Position numbers and translations under genes: made by a program
Part shown: positions 1-12,663 of the stretch, in pieces
Position numbering within the stretch: position 1 is the first letter of the stretch
Layout: each line of letters opens with the position of its first letter
Notes under the pieces: model-generated
What the model saw: only the letters and a program-made list of their open reading frames with translations
Told to the model about the DNA's origin: nothing
Databases searched by the model: none
Assembly: GCA_043228905.1 (NCBI GenBank)
Contig: JBHGNT010000014.1
Span: forward strand, 13,640,001-13,704,000
Origin: Azolla caroliniana
Taxonomy: Eukaryota; Plantae; Polypodiophyta
Reading direction: 5' to 3'
Length of the DNA: 64,000 bases

Positions 1-879
1 GTTCCTAATGACATCAACATACTCTCTTAGATACGTAGTTCCACATCTTACATGAAAAAAATGAGCAAGACCATTGACAAGTACACAATTGTTCGCATTC
101 GGCTCAAACTAGGAGACAAATAGACGGGAGAAAACGACAACTAATAGCAAGTTATGAAATCTATGTGGGAGGGGAATACAAACAAATGAGCATTTCATTG
201 ACATATGCTATGCATGCTATATTGGAGGCAATTACCATTATATATTTCGGGACAAATTCGGACCATTGTACCAAATCACGGAGTGCGAAGGCCCAAAAAG
301 TTTATGATATTCTTTCTCATGGTTAAACACACTTGCCACGAATCATGGGCCCATGCACTTCTCTCCTCTTCTTTGCCTTTTTTTGAAAACAAAAAAACAG
401 AGGAAAGCAGAGCCTTTGTTTCCCTCTCTCTTCTTGTTGACTCTGATTGTTTTCTGTGTATCCAACAGCAGCAAGCAAGCCATCTTAAAACTTTATAAGG
501 TTTCACCATTAAATTAGGGTCTCAATCCCAATACAGGCCTAATTCTGAGAGAGTCTCAGTGTCCTTTTGAAAGGCTCAAACTTTCATACCCTGATTGACA
601 GAAGAGGCACTCTGATGCTCTCAAAACATACAACAATCTCTTTTGATGCCCCTAAAAAATGATTTAGATATATCTCCAGCTTCTAGCTTCCATCATCGTT
701 CTGAAATCCTAACAGCCATATCCATTGGAGCAGCTAGCTGCAAAGATGTATGAGGTAAAGCACTTATAGATCCAGCTATGGAGATGAGTTAATCACTTGA
801 AACTTTCTTTCAAGGTCTTTCTTGTTCCTTTGCAAGAATTGTTAGCGAGAAAGAATTATGAGGTTTCAAAGAGAATGTG

Positions 880-1141
880 GTCATGTGGATGATGGCAATA
901 CCATGATGGTTCATGAAAATGATAATGATGGATGTACCATGGTTCAGGATGATGATGATGTGCATATCATATCTCATGATGGTGGTGATGATGATGATGA
1001 TGGCAATGGGCACACCATCATTCATGATAGGCATGCCACTTCTCAACAGACCATGTTTCATCATGAGTATGTGCATACCATGATTCATGATGATGATGGG
1101 CATGCCATGTTTCATGATGAAGAAGAAGAAGAAGAAGAAAA
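880..1141. repeat. Degenerate minisatellite (unit ~GGCATACCATGGTTCATGATGATGAT) ending in a (GAA)n microsatellite
   Basis: Recurring ccatg...catgatgatgat units; they explain the low-complexity His/Asp/Ile-rich ORFs on both strands. Confidence 0.7.
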
Positions 1142-1720
1142 TTCTAGTACTCTAATTTCTCTCGCCCATGTTCTGAAATAATTACCGTAGTTTACGGACA
1201 TCCACTGTACTTGCCTCTAGTACAAAAAACACTATTTCTCCAGCGGGAAAATGAACGTTGGAAGCAAAGGCAACAATAATTCAGGATTGCAATCATCAGG
1301 CATTTGAGCAAATATTCATGGATGTCATTAATTATTGTGATAAAGAAACAAAACCTTCACAAACATAGCTATTAAAAATGTGCATTTTATGTATAAAATG
1401 CATTTTAGAATACTTGAACTATTTAACATACATTCTGCATTTTACAACTGCCATTTCAAACTGGTCTTGTTCTTATGAACCTAATTGGAAATTTTTAGAA
1501 ACTATAGTTGTGCACTCACCTTGCAATAGAGAGCGACGAGCGGCGATTGAGCGAGCGGCGATCAACGAGGAAGGAGGAACGAGTAATGATGAAGTCCGAA
1601 GGATGGAGTTGTGAGAAAAAACAGAAATCGACAGAGTGAAATGGAAATTGACAGAGAGGGAGACAGAAATCGTCGTCAGAGAGGGAGAAAGAAATCGTCG
1701 ACAGAGAGGGAGACAGAAAT

Positions 1721-1751
<31 letters not shown>

Positions 1752-1859
1752 GAGGGGGGGAAAAAACACGCAAAGGGGGAAAAAGGGGGAAAAGGGGGGA
1801 AAGGCTCAAGAGTAAATGAATATGTTTTTTTTTAACCTTTTTATTTTTACAAACTATAT

Positions 1860-2010
1860 AAATAGCCGGTTCAAAAAATATGAACCGGCTAGATTCCGGT
1901 TGGTAGGAAAACCTAGCCGGAATCAATTCCGGCTGCCCCCCACCTTGGCCGGCAAAAGTCCCAACCCAACCGGAACGCTGACACTGTTCCTGGGACTTTG
2001 CCCAACACTG
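1860..2010 (-). mobile_element. Possible terminal region of a DNA transposon (CCGG-rich, ends ...ACACTG)
   Basis: Cluster of ccgg palindromes and a CAGTGT.. start on the minus strand; no partner TIR or TSD seen. Confidence 0.3.
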
Positions 2011-3065
2011 GTCCTACCACTTATACATCTTACATAGAAAAATTATTCATTTATTTGGACAACAAATGTAGAAAAGACATTTATTGATCTAAAGCATGCA
2101 TTTACATTAATACCTAAATTAGCACATGTTGATCCAAAAAAACCATTTATTTTTGAAGCTTATAAATCATATTTTGCACTTGGGAGTCTTCTATCAAAGT
2201 CAAGAGAAGATGGAGAGCTTCATCTAATAACTTTCCATTCAAGAAAAGTTATTACTAAAATTATGATGTCCATGATAAGGAGCCTTTGGTTATTGTTGAC
2301 TCTTTTGATCAATGGAGTCAATTTTTTGAAGGGTCTCCTCATAGGGTCACTGTGTACATAATGATTATACAAATCTCACATATTTCCAAATGGCTTGAAT
2401 ACTTAATCGGTGACAAGTTCGTTGGGCAAAGGTTCTCACCCACTTCCATTTCAAAATTATATATTATCGAAGAGGTTTATAAGGAGAAGAAAATGCTTTG
2501 TCACAACGTTCATATCTCACACCTCATCCTCATGAGTTAGCCTTCGACAATAAAAGAAAAGTTCTTCTAGGTCCTATATAATTACATGCAATTAAAGTCT
2601 TTGTTATGCTATTAGATTAAAAAATACTTAACATAATACGACAGGATATTCATAATTTTAGACAATTTTGGTCAACAAGTATTAGATCCTATTCTTCCTA
2701 AACGAACTAGAGCACAAGTCTTGGCACCACTTCATATAGATTATAAAAAGTTCGCGTGCCATGACAAATTCTTATACTACAATGGACTTTTATATGTCCC
2801 AAATGGGTCTACTTGTCTCAATGTTTTAGAGAGCTTTGTCATGATACTTACATGGCTGGACATTTCAGGATCATTACAACAGCGGAAGTGAAACCGGAGA
2901 CCTGGCGGGAGATTACACCCATTACTGCAAACACTACTAACGAAAAGGTTGGGCAAGAAGACGCAGCAATCCAATCATATGTGCATAAGCTACCAAACGA
3001 GATACGTTTCACCAGCGAATGAACGCTGGGCCGCTGAACCCCACCTGACCTATAAAAAATGGCGC

Positions 3066-3142
3066 GAGCCGTATGCGGGGAGACTTGCATGTACGGTTCC
3101 GTTGGGGGGATCCGGCCAGCGAGGGACCGACGCCTACCCAAC
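3066..3142 (+). other. Group II intron domains V-VI (3' end of nad7 intron 1, nad7i140), NUMT copy
   Basis: GAGCCGTATGCGGGGAGACTTGCATGTACGGTTC fits the domain V consensus; ends CCTACCCAAC directly before the nad7 exon. Confidence 0.9.
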
Positions 3143-3211
3143 TAGGGGCACGGAAAAATTAATCGAGTATAAAACGTATTTCTAAGCTTTACCTCATTCT
3201 GATCGTTTGGA
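3143..3211 (+). pseudogene. nad7: Mitochondrial nad7 exon 2 (69 bp), unedited NUMT copy
   Basis: Translates [21 protein letters not shown] versus conserved [22 protein letters not shown]; length equals the i140-i209 exon. Confidence 0.92.
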
Positions 3212-4275
3212 GGCCAAAGCCAGCCACTAAGCAACGCTCTTTCAATGCTTTACGTTCGTTTTCTGGGCGAAGTCTGGTCTGATCTTACGACCTTCTAAGC
3301 TAAGCGTTAGATTTTACTAGCCTCTGTTCGGTTTGTAAGGTCAACTTGTGCCTGTAGCTCGTCGAAAAGGAATGCAGATCCGCTTTCATCGAGTTAACCT
3401 TTCAGAAAGAGATCGGCGCTCATCCCTGGCAAAAACAATAACGAAGATGATGATGAGTCTAAATGCATGCCGCGAAGAGCCAGCCCACAGTGCTTTCAAC
3501 TAAAGTTCCATTTCTTAACACAGTGAGGCTTATACTGTTTATTCGTACGACAATGCGTGACGTCTCAACTATTTCACTCGCAAACCAATACCTTAAGCCA
3601 AACATACATCTCATTCTGTCGAATCAATTCTAGATCAATTGGCAATGGTTTTATTCTTAATGAGGGGAACTATTTGAGGAGCAGATTCAAAGTCTGTCGC
3701 GTTTACCAATTCCACCAAGTAAGCAAGCAAGCAAGCAAGCAGGTATGCTCCCACCATAAGTGGCAAACCCCATTACTCATGTAATAAGACAAAGCTAAGA
3801 AAGCAAAATTGACTAAGCCCGGAACAAACCAATAAGAGTAGTTTACAATAAAGAAAACGCATTAGTAACAATTCTCGAAAGTGAGGCTGAGATGACCAAC
3901 CTTCAGTGCGGTTCTTTGAGGGGGAAAAGCTTGCTTGAAAGAGCCTATCCATCCCGATTATACCATTAGTGGTAACTTTGTTTTCCGGTCGGGAAGCGTC
4001 TCTGTCTTCTTCACTCCCTATCACTCTTCTCATTTACCTTTCCGGTGGTAAGTGAGCCGCTTCATCGGTACCTGCCCATGAATCTGTGTTCAGTCAGCGG
4101 TTAGCCAGGATTGATGACACTCCCTCCTTAAAGTTCATGTTTTCATGTGATCGCAGCCTTGAAGAGAGACTCTGAATTTTTCATGGAAGCCGGCCTAAAA
4201 TATTCTATTTCGGCGAAAAGGCAAGCAAGTTTTACCTGACTTAACTGAAAAGCCTAGAAGTGTTTGTAATGCACA

Positions 4276-4319
4276 ACATCCTTAGCTCAGTCGGATAGAG
4301 CAACAACCTTCTAAGTTGA
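4276..4319 (+). pseudogene. trnR-UCU: 5' half of mitochondrial-type tRNA-Arg(UCU), truncated
   Basis: ACATCCTTAGCTCAGTCGGATAGAGCAACAACCTTCTAAGTTG has the D arm and anticodon stem-loop CAAC-CTTCTAA-GTTG; T arm absent. Confidence 0.8.
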
Positions 4320-5944
4320 CTAGAGCTGACATGGGGACCCATTAACTTCTTCAAATTGGATCGTAGATGACAGCGAATCATACGGAGAGGGCAGTCAGGT
4401 TGCACCCCTAATATGCAAATGCGAGCAAGGCCAGGAAAGAAATCTTAGATACGTACTTTATACTTTAACAGATGGAAGGTAACCCGCCAAAGTGCCTGGA
4501 TCTTTTCCGAGCCCGATCTCCACCTCCCCTAACCCACCGAAGACAGTAGCGACGGGTGCGTAAAGCAGGGGTAACCTTGTAGCCCCCGGGGATGGCCCAC
4601 GCAGCAAGCAAGCAAGCAAGCACGAGGTGTAGCGCAGTCTTGGGCTACTTTAGAGAAAGTGAATTTATTTAGGAGGAGTCGAAGGACGCACGAAAGGAGG
4701 TAGACTTTTGGTGTTACTTTAGGGAAAGCCCATCAGTTCGGTTCCTAATAAACATTCACTCGTTCCCACTTTGCTTGGCTTGCCGGGATGTCGTTCAGTC
4801 TTCCGTCCCCAATAGAATAGATAGGTAATCCGCTCTCATGCTTGCTGTAAACTTTCGTTTACGGGCGGGAGAAGTGGCACTCAATCGGGCCTGACCATAA
4901 TGTGCCTATAGCAGGCAGGGAGCATATTCGCGTCTATCTGGCAACACGTCGAACGAACGAATAAAGCATTTGAATTAGTTACTTGATCATTTTGGTGACG
5001 TGAGATCCACACTTTTGTGGGAGATCCATACTTTTCTGCACATGTGACACTTGTCATTGGTAAATATACATGGCCATCACCCCTATGAATTATTACATCC
5101 TTTAGCAATTCCTAAATGAACTTGGCGATCTATTTCCTTAAATTTTACTACAATTTGGCCACTTTCTAAAGGTTTTATGCTATTCTAACAACAATTTGGT
5201 CTTGACTTGTACCTAAGTTCTTGAAGCAGTTATTGTCATTAGTCAAGATCTCTTGCAAACTCTCTTCTTATCATCATCCACAAACTAATGGTCAAACTGA
5301 ACGCACTAATCAAACATATCTTCACAGTTTCATTAGCCACCAACTAGATGATAGGACTGATATTTTACATTACCTTGACTTCGCATTCCTTTACTAAGGT
5401 CATGTCATTCTTCGCATATAGTGGTTATCATCCATAATGGTTTTTCTTGGAGTGTCCTATAGTTTCAATAAAACCAAGTGCGAAAGAACAATTATCTCAA
5501 ATGCGGCAGATTCAAGCAGAAGTGTTAATCACGTATCGAAGTGGCAACATCCCATAAACGTGTTGCAGATTCTCGCCATCTTCAACATACGTTTCACGTT
5601 GGAACTTGTGTATGGTTATTACGTTGACACATGAGAACGACAAGACCTTGTGATAAACATGATTATCAACTATTGGGACCATTTACAATCTCATCCCAGA
5701 TTAATGAGGCAACTTCCTGTCTTGATCTACCTAAGTTCACATATGCGACTTCACCCAATTTTTTATTGTTCCATTCTCGAACCTTGTGCCATAAGTACCA
5801 TTCCAAATCACATGATACTAGCACCTCCTCCTATAGTAAAGGCTTCAGATCTAGTCAAATAATTTCATTGTCAATATCCCAACAAGCGTGGTCCTAATGC
5901 AACAATGACGACTCCTATGACTTGTCATTTTAGGAGGGTAATTG

Positions 5945-6316
5945 TGTGATAAGGGGTCAAAAACTAGAACATTCTAGAACATCCTAAATTTTTTTTGAAC
6001 ATCTTAGAAAAGCCTGGAATGATCCACAACCCGCTAAATAATGAGGCCTCCTCACTCTTGTTGAACCATTCCGGTCCAATGCTAGTCTTGAGTCCTTTGA
6101 CTAAGCTCTCTTGTATGTGTTTACCTTAATATATATTTCCGTTCATCATCATCATCATCATCATCTCTCTCTCTCTCTCTATCCACTACTATCTCGCCTA
6201 TTACCTTCCTTTGTTACTCTCTCTTGCTTGCTCTATCCACTAGTATCTAGTCTATTCCCTTTCATCATCACTCTTTCTCTCATTCTTCCTATTGCTATCT
6301 TGCCCTAGTTTTGACA
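5945..6316 (+). repeat. 3' LTR of the degenerate chromovirus
   Basis: TGTGAT...TTGACA ends after the PPT; resembles the ends and CT-rich U5 of the LTR at 39269-39667. Confidence 0.7.
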
Positions 6317-6329
6317 ATGATTGGATTAA

Positions 6330-6798
6330 ACCAAAATTTAAGCATGAGATAAGAATCAAGTATTAAATTATCACACAATCATGGTGAGCTCAACTATTGC
6401 AAAATTGTATAGCAATATTAAGGAACAAAAGGTAGGTGCATGCACTGAAAGTAAAAATAAACAAGCACTTGGGAAAGCAAGTTTTAGACCAAAACTCTCC
6501 AGGGTAGATCATCTATTTATATTAAGAGTAATTATGGACGAACGTTGACTACAAGGAAAGACACTATATTGTTGCTTTGTTGAATTTAAAAAAGTATTTG
6601 ATGTAGTACCATAGAGTGAGCTTCAAAATAGAATGGTGGATTTGGCATGTCATTAGAGTATCGAGTTGCTATTGCACCATTATTATTATGAATAAGTTAG
6701 ATGTCAACTAAAAATTGAGAATTGTTTCTCATAATACTATTTAAGTAACATGGGGGGGGAGGGGTGGGGTTAAGCAAGGATTTCCATTATCACTAACA
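6330..6798 (+). mobile_element. LINE (RTE-like) reverse transcriptase fragment, part 1
   Basis: QASFRP..DHLFILR, LYCCFVEFKKVFDVVP and GVKQGFPLS motifs, degenerate. Confidence 0.8.
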
Positions 6799-6800
6799 AT

Positions 6801-6900
6801 TGGCAACGGTTTGGTTTGGTTCGAGGCTGTCAACACTGAATCGTTTAAACATTTTGAAACTTGAACCAAACCGAACCACAAAACCGTTAAACCGAACAGT
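6801..6900. mobile_element. Remnant of a hAT-type MITE related to 25525-26516
   Basis: GGCAACGGTTTGGTTTGG start and aaaccg subterminal motifs; resumes briefly at 12652. Confidence 0.5.
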
Positions 6901-9900
6901 TGTAACGGATATTTGCGGGTTTGTGTTGAAACGGGGTGGAACCACTGGGGTCTCAAACCAAGGAGTTGGTGAGAGAGGAACGGTGTCCGGGTTGGACTCC
7001 GGACAACCTCGCTGGATCGGATTGCGGTCACGTATCTGATCCGGATCGACTCCTGAACGCCGGAATGTGAGCACATGGGCTCGATGATGTATATTGTTCC
7101 AAACTATTTGTTGGATGGCAACGTTAGGCTCATAAACTCACGCACTCAGATACACACACTCAGCCCAAAGAGAATAGACGTAAAATAAAACACGGCTATG
7201 CCCAAACACACACAAAGTGATGCAACAAATTCTATTGATTAACAGAGAAAAACAGAAGGATTATAGCTAGACGCGGCCGAGAAAAGAACTTAGAGCTCTA
7301 CACGCACACACCTAGACGTGGAACAATGGGCCTTTGGTTGGGCACACACTGGATTCCTACGTGAGCAGAGGGTTCCACCTTCCTTCCGAAAGCTCCACTT
7401 CGTATGCAGTTGTGAGGGAAAGCTTGACCCCTAATCAATTGAATAGCTCCTCCGCTTCTTGCGTGTCCAGCTCCCCTCGATCGGCCACTATCTTCCCCAC
7501 GCACCCGTATCGGAAAATCACATCTTCGATCAAGAATTGGCATACAATTGCGGTCGTCTTGTTTGTCAACACTCGACCCTCCACCTGGTTCGTCAGGTCC
7601 CCTCGCGCAAGCACCAAGTATCGAATTTGTCCTACCCCCATCGGCATTGTCACTAAATCGACCATCCACTTGAAGTGAATGGTTGGCGGGTAGGTCAGGT
7701 GCAACTCATCCCTGTGCCGGATTCCGGAATGCATCTGACAGCTCTCGCATGTCGTCACGAAGTGGTGCACGTCCCGATACATTCTCGGCCACCAATACTT
7801 CTCCTTCAACTTCTCAAACATGGGCTACGTTCCCCTGTGTCTGGACCAACGACTCTTGTCCTCCTACCTCGTCACCACCTGATGTGGTGTGCTGGCTCAT
7901 TTCTTCGGATGCCTCCATATCTTACCTTCCGTAGGAAGAACCGGTACGCCTTCTTCCTGATCCGGCCCACTTCCTCCTTTGTCCACGACACGTCCGGTGC
8001 CATCATGCTTAGGAACCTTCCGACTAGAAGCTAGTCCTTGTCGTAATCGTCCTCGTGGAACTCGTTCAATCTGCTCGCCGACATACGAGCCGACTCGAGG
8101 AAGTCTACGCCGACTTCTTCATCTTCCAACACCATGCCATCCTCTCCTTCGAACAGTGCCATCAACAACATATTGGCCATGGCGTTGTCTTTACCGGAGA
8201 TGTGCTAAATCTCTGGATTCAGGGACTTAATATATGTGATGTACCTGAGTATTGCCAGGTCCGGAGTCGCACATCCGGAAACTATACAGAGAATCGGCAG
8301 GCAGTCCGTCCCGATAAAGGAATCCTTGCCGGCCTTCACAGCCGAAACGATGCCCCCCAGTTCGCGTTTAACCTAGGCGTATCCTCCCTGTCACTCTCTT
8401 AGGACTTTCGTTCTGAACTGGATGGGGAACCATGGGCCGACCTCGTCCTCCTGATTGATCACCCACCCAATTCTGGTTGGACTTGTGTCTACCATTATGA
8501 AGACCGGAGTGTCCTTCTTGTACATCGCTTTCTGGAGAGCTGGTGCTATTGTTAGCCTCTCCTTCAGTCCTTGAACTGCCTCCTAAGCCCATGGTTTTGT
8601 GCATGGATAAACCTATAAAAACCCCTAGTAGGGCTTATGTAAACAGGGGGGGTCAATTTGGAGATCATCACCATCATCAATAATATAAGCTTCTATTCTT
8701 CTTCTTCACATCTATCTTCTTCTTATTTATCTACTTCTCAAGTCTACAATCTTTTATCTTCTCAAGTGTAATAGTGTTTCCTCGACTCTTAAACTTGACG
8801 AATGTCCTCCCTGGTTCAAGACCCCGACGGTCCTGCTCAAGTAGCACACGCGCACACGAATCTTCGCGATAACGGTACATGCGGTACCGTGAAGATCACC
8901 ATCGGTTCTACGGTTTTCGGGTCGATGCACCAGATTTCTTCCGGTGAGAATGCAAAGGTCTTCCCATGCCTCTCTAGCATTCTCCAAAACCGAACCTCTT
9001 CCGCCAGGAGTAGAAAGCCACCCCCACCGATCTTGAGCTTCCGCAATGTCTCGTCGGTGAACCGGTGCCCTATCCCGGCCGGATCTTGTAAACTTGGGTC
9101 GGTCGTGACCCCCTTTTTACGCTCCTTGTTGTCCTTCGGCAAGGGTGCCGCGACTGGCCTCACCTTCGGGTCCACAGTCTTGTACTTTGTGTCCACACGG
9201 GTTATCCATTCTGACTCGACCGTCCTACCGAAGTCCGCGATGACTTCGTACATTTCGATCGAACTGACCGTATTCATCTGGTGTTCGCTTGGATCCTCTT
9301 TGACTACCTTCTCAATCTCCCTAAGAGTGTCGTTGAATGAGACCGGCTCCATGGCATCACTTATCGAGTTGTCCGGCTTCAAGGCTCCGCATGCCTTCAA
9401 TCGCCTTTCGACTTGTTTCTTTTCTCGGCCACCGATGCCAGTTACAGTACAATCTCCGTTAACCGAGCGCCAAAATTTCCCTACCTATTGTACAATTGTG
9501 GGGTGTCTTCTGGTTGTTTGGATTATCGTGACCCCACACTTTGATAGCCCTCTCCAAAAATCCTCTCGGCCTTCGCCGCCAAGAGAATTCCGATTCCGCT
9601 CGTGGTTTGGTCGGACCATCAAGAACTGGACGGACTGCTGGCCATCCTGACTCTTCACCCTCATGTAGGCCGAACCATTTTCCAACACCTTGGTTTCCAT
9701 CCGGGACGCCGTGATTTAGGATTTGCCAAGAATTATCAGATGCGATGACGACTCCTGCACAAAGAAGTGTTGGTCGATCTTGACGTCATTGACCTTCACC
9801 CGGACATTCGGGCATGCACCGTGGAGCTCCTCCGTTGCACGGGTCGCCGCGCGTATCTTCCAGTTGTGCTTCGCGTTGATTGGCCACTTACCCTTCTTGT

Positions 9901-12493
9901 AGAAATCCATGGACATTAAGTTGATCTCCGATACATGGTCGATCAAAACTGGCTCTTTCATGTCCCCGATCCGAATTGGGGTCTCCCTTGTCGCTCTTGC
10001 CCAGTGTGGCCTCATGTAATGGCTATCCAAAAACTCATCTTCCCTCGCCACTTCATCAATGTGCGCCGCCTTCACTTCGACCGGCTTCTCCGACTCTAGC
10101 TCTAACAAGTGTCGCTTTCTCTTCATGAGGTCGACGATAACTCATGAAATTCTCTCCTTTCTATTCCTAGCACCTTCCTTAGGGTGAGTTCTACCCGGCT
10201 GTCCAGCACTCGTTCCTCCAAGACCTTCCGCAGGTTTGTCGCTCTCTCTATATCCGAGCTTAGCTGGAAGCTCGGGAACTTCCCCTTTCTTTCTCCTACG
10301 AGCTGGCCGAGCCCCCATTATTTTTCTTTGGCCCACTCCTGGTGTCGTATCGGTTAGAGGGATTGGCCCCTCTGGCCTTGGCGGTCTATTTATCCTCAAC
10401 CAGAACTTCGTAGTTTTGGCACGCCGCTCCTATGAACCCGGTCTGCTCCTCCACCGGATCATCCCATCTGGTGACTTCCCGGATCCGCATCTCTACGCGG
10501 TTTGCCTCCTCCTTCTACATCCTCTTCCCTGAGAGAGTTTCAAGTACCACTGACCAGTGTCCTTCGTTCGTTGTCTTGCCATTCTCCCCTTCGACCTGAA
10601 TACCGGCGGATGCCGAGTGGACGGTTTCGGCGTGCCGCGCCGCAGCCTCCTCCATCAACCTCTTCATCTTGCCCCGACTGATGTTTATTTCCAGGGGCCT
10701 TCACGTGTCACTTGCATGCACCCTGTTGTTCCAAAGATATACCACATTGTTCCTTAGTGCGTCTGCAACGTCGATGCAATCTCTCCAAATATGGCCGACG
10801 TTATCGCACCACACACATCTCCCATCGTTCAGTGAACACTGATCATGCTCTTGACTGTCGCCTTCCCTCCGGGCCTGAGCGATCTGGAGATTGCGCAACA
10901 TCCTCGTTAGCTCCTCCAGAGTCGCGCCCCCAGTTGGTCTTCCGGCCACATTGGTCGGGGCCGTGCCTGACTCGAGCCACCGTCTCGTCTCTTCCTACCA
11001 GGTCGAAATAGGATCTTCTAACTTCTTCCCTGTAGTCGGGCCGACCGTAGACGCCCCCTCGTTTTTCCAATCCCACCGCTTATTGAAACGACTGTAGACC
11101 CTCTTTACCATAGCCCAGTCGGCCGTGAGCTTTTCATCCATCTCCAACAGGAGACCCACTTTCTCACGGTCCAACACGTCGATGGACTTAATAAACAACA
11201 TGACCTTGCTCGTATAGAGAACGGTCCGATCTTACGCAAAGAGTTGGGCAAATCACTTTTCGAACTCTTGGAGGAGCACCGATGTATTCCCCCTTTTCTT
11301 GGGGCACTCAACCCACTCCATGAACTCCTGCTTCGACAACCGAAGCAAGTCGTCGAAACCATACCTTTCGAGGAGCCCTCCCTTGAATTCCGCCCAGTTC
11401 CAATGGTCAGCCTGAACCTCGAGCATCTCTGCATGGATCCTCGGTGTCATTACTCGGGGGAATCGGTATAACCGCCTATCTTCTGGGATGTCCCTCATTA
11501 TCATTTCAGCTTGGTAGGCCTCTAGGTAGCTTATCATGTCCTTCCCATTAAATCGGCCTATCATGTTGACTATTGTTTCAATGACTCGGTCGAGGCCACC
11601 TGCGCTCTCTCGCGCATTCACTATATGGTCGATGACCACCGCCATCTCCTCCGCAAGTTCACATCCCCTCATCTTGAGCTCCTTTGCCACCCCTTTCACG
11701 TTGAGTTCAACAAAAAATGTCCCGGATATCTGCAGGTTTGTGTTGAAATGGGGCGGGACCACCGGGGTCTCAGACCAAGGAGTCGGTGAGAGAAAAACGA
11801 TGTCTGGGTCGATTTCCGGATCGTCCTCCGGACAACCTCGCTGGATCGGATTCCGGTCATATATCCGATCCGGATCGACTCCCGGACGCCAAAATATGAG
11901 CACACGGGCTCAGAAACGTATACTGTTCTAAACCAGTTGTCGGATGGTAGCGTTGGGCTCACGGGCTCATGCACTCAGATACACACACTCAGCTCAAAGA
12001 GAACAGATGTAAAAAAGAAATAGAGCTATGCCCAAACACACACAAAGAGACAAAGCAAATTCTATTGATTAATAGAGAAAAATAAAGGGATTATAGCCGA
12101 ACGCAACTGGCAAAAGAACTTAGAGCTCTACACGCACGCACCTAGACACGGAACAATGGCCTCTGGTCGGGAGCGCACGGGCTTCATACGCGAGTAGAGT
12201 GCTCCACCTTCCTCCCGAAATTAGCGCAGAATAGGAAAAGGGAGGGAACAATAGAGCTCGGATCTCAAACTAGCAACAGTTCGTTCTCCAAAATGGTGGA
12301 TCCCTTAAACAGTTCAAAGTCTCTCCTTTTATAGCAAAGGGGAAGGCCGTTCCATCATGCTTAATGACGGTCGTTTTCGGTGAGCGATTCCTCCTTGATT
12401 CTCTCACATCATATCTTCTAATTCCTCTCTATAGGTGTGGGACATTAAAGTACCCATCAACTACTTCTACTTAGTACTTAAATATTCTTCCCA

Positions 12494-12565
<72 letters not shown>

Positions 12566-12651
12566 TAAACATTTTCGAGTGCTCCAATGCACACCCTCGT
12601 TCACGCGCATCCGGCTCCGTTTTCTCCATGTAGTCGGAATCCTTTACGACA
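6901..12651 (-). mobile_element. Degenerate tRNA-Trp-type Ty3/Gypsy element E (5' LTR 11718-12651, truncated 3' LTR 6901-~7391, RT deleted)
   Basis: The LTR copies are homologous with TG..CA ends; decayed PBS at ~11695-11712; gag zinc knuckle CVWCDNVGHIWRDC, protease IDHVSEINL, integrase WWP..CESCQ; flanks cagt/ccgt. Confidence 0.9.
12499..12560. repeat. (ACAT)n(AT)n compound microsatellite inside an LTR
   Basis: Directly visible. Confidence 0.95.
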
Positions 12652-12663
12652 CCGTTAAAAAAT

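Larger units (their letters stand above)
2876..4962. other. Mosaic nuclear insertion of mitochondrial DNA (NUMT)
   Basis: Contains group II intron domains V/VI, nad7 exon 2, a second intron 3'-end-like stretch (~3895-3958), half of trnR-UCU and (AGCA)n repeats; the flanks rejoin as integrase GHFRII|KAFELV. Confidence 0.85.
2030..6316 (+). mobile_element. Degenerate Ty3/Gypsy chromovirus-like (Tcn1-type) element: RNase H-integrase remnant plus 3' LTR, split by a mitochondrial insert
   Basis: Motifs LAHVDPKKPF, VIVDSFDQW..FEGSPH, HDTYMAGHF, HPQTNGQTERTNQT and LGPFTI parallel the pol at 39652-43185; PPT aggaggg at ~5932; many stops and frameshifts. Confidence 0.85.

Noticed and set aside
858-1181. 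His/Asp-rich 107-aa ORF as a metal-binding protein
   Set aside because: Explained by GAT/CAT/GAA repeats; no domain or gene structure on this strand
8802-9650. 282-aa plus-strand ORF
   Set aside because: Antisense shadow of the Gypsy pol on the minus strand
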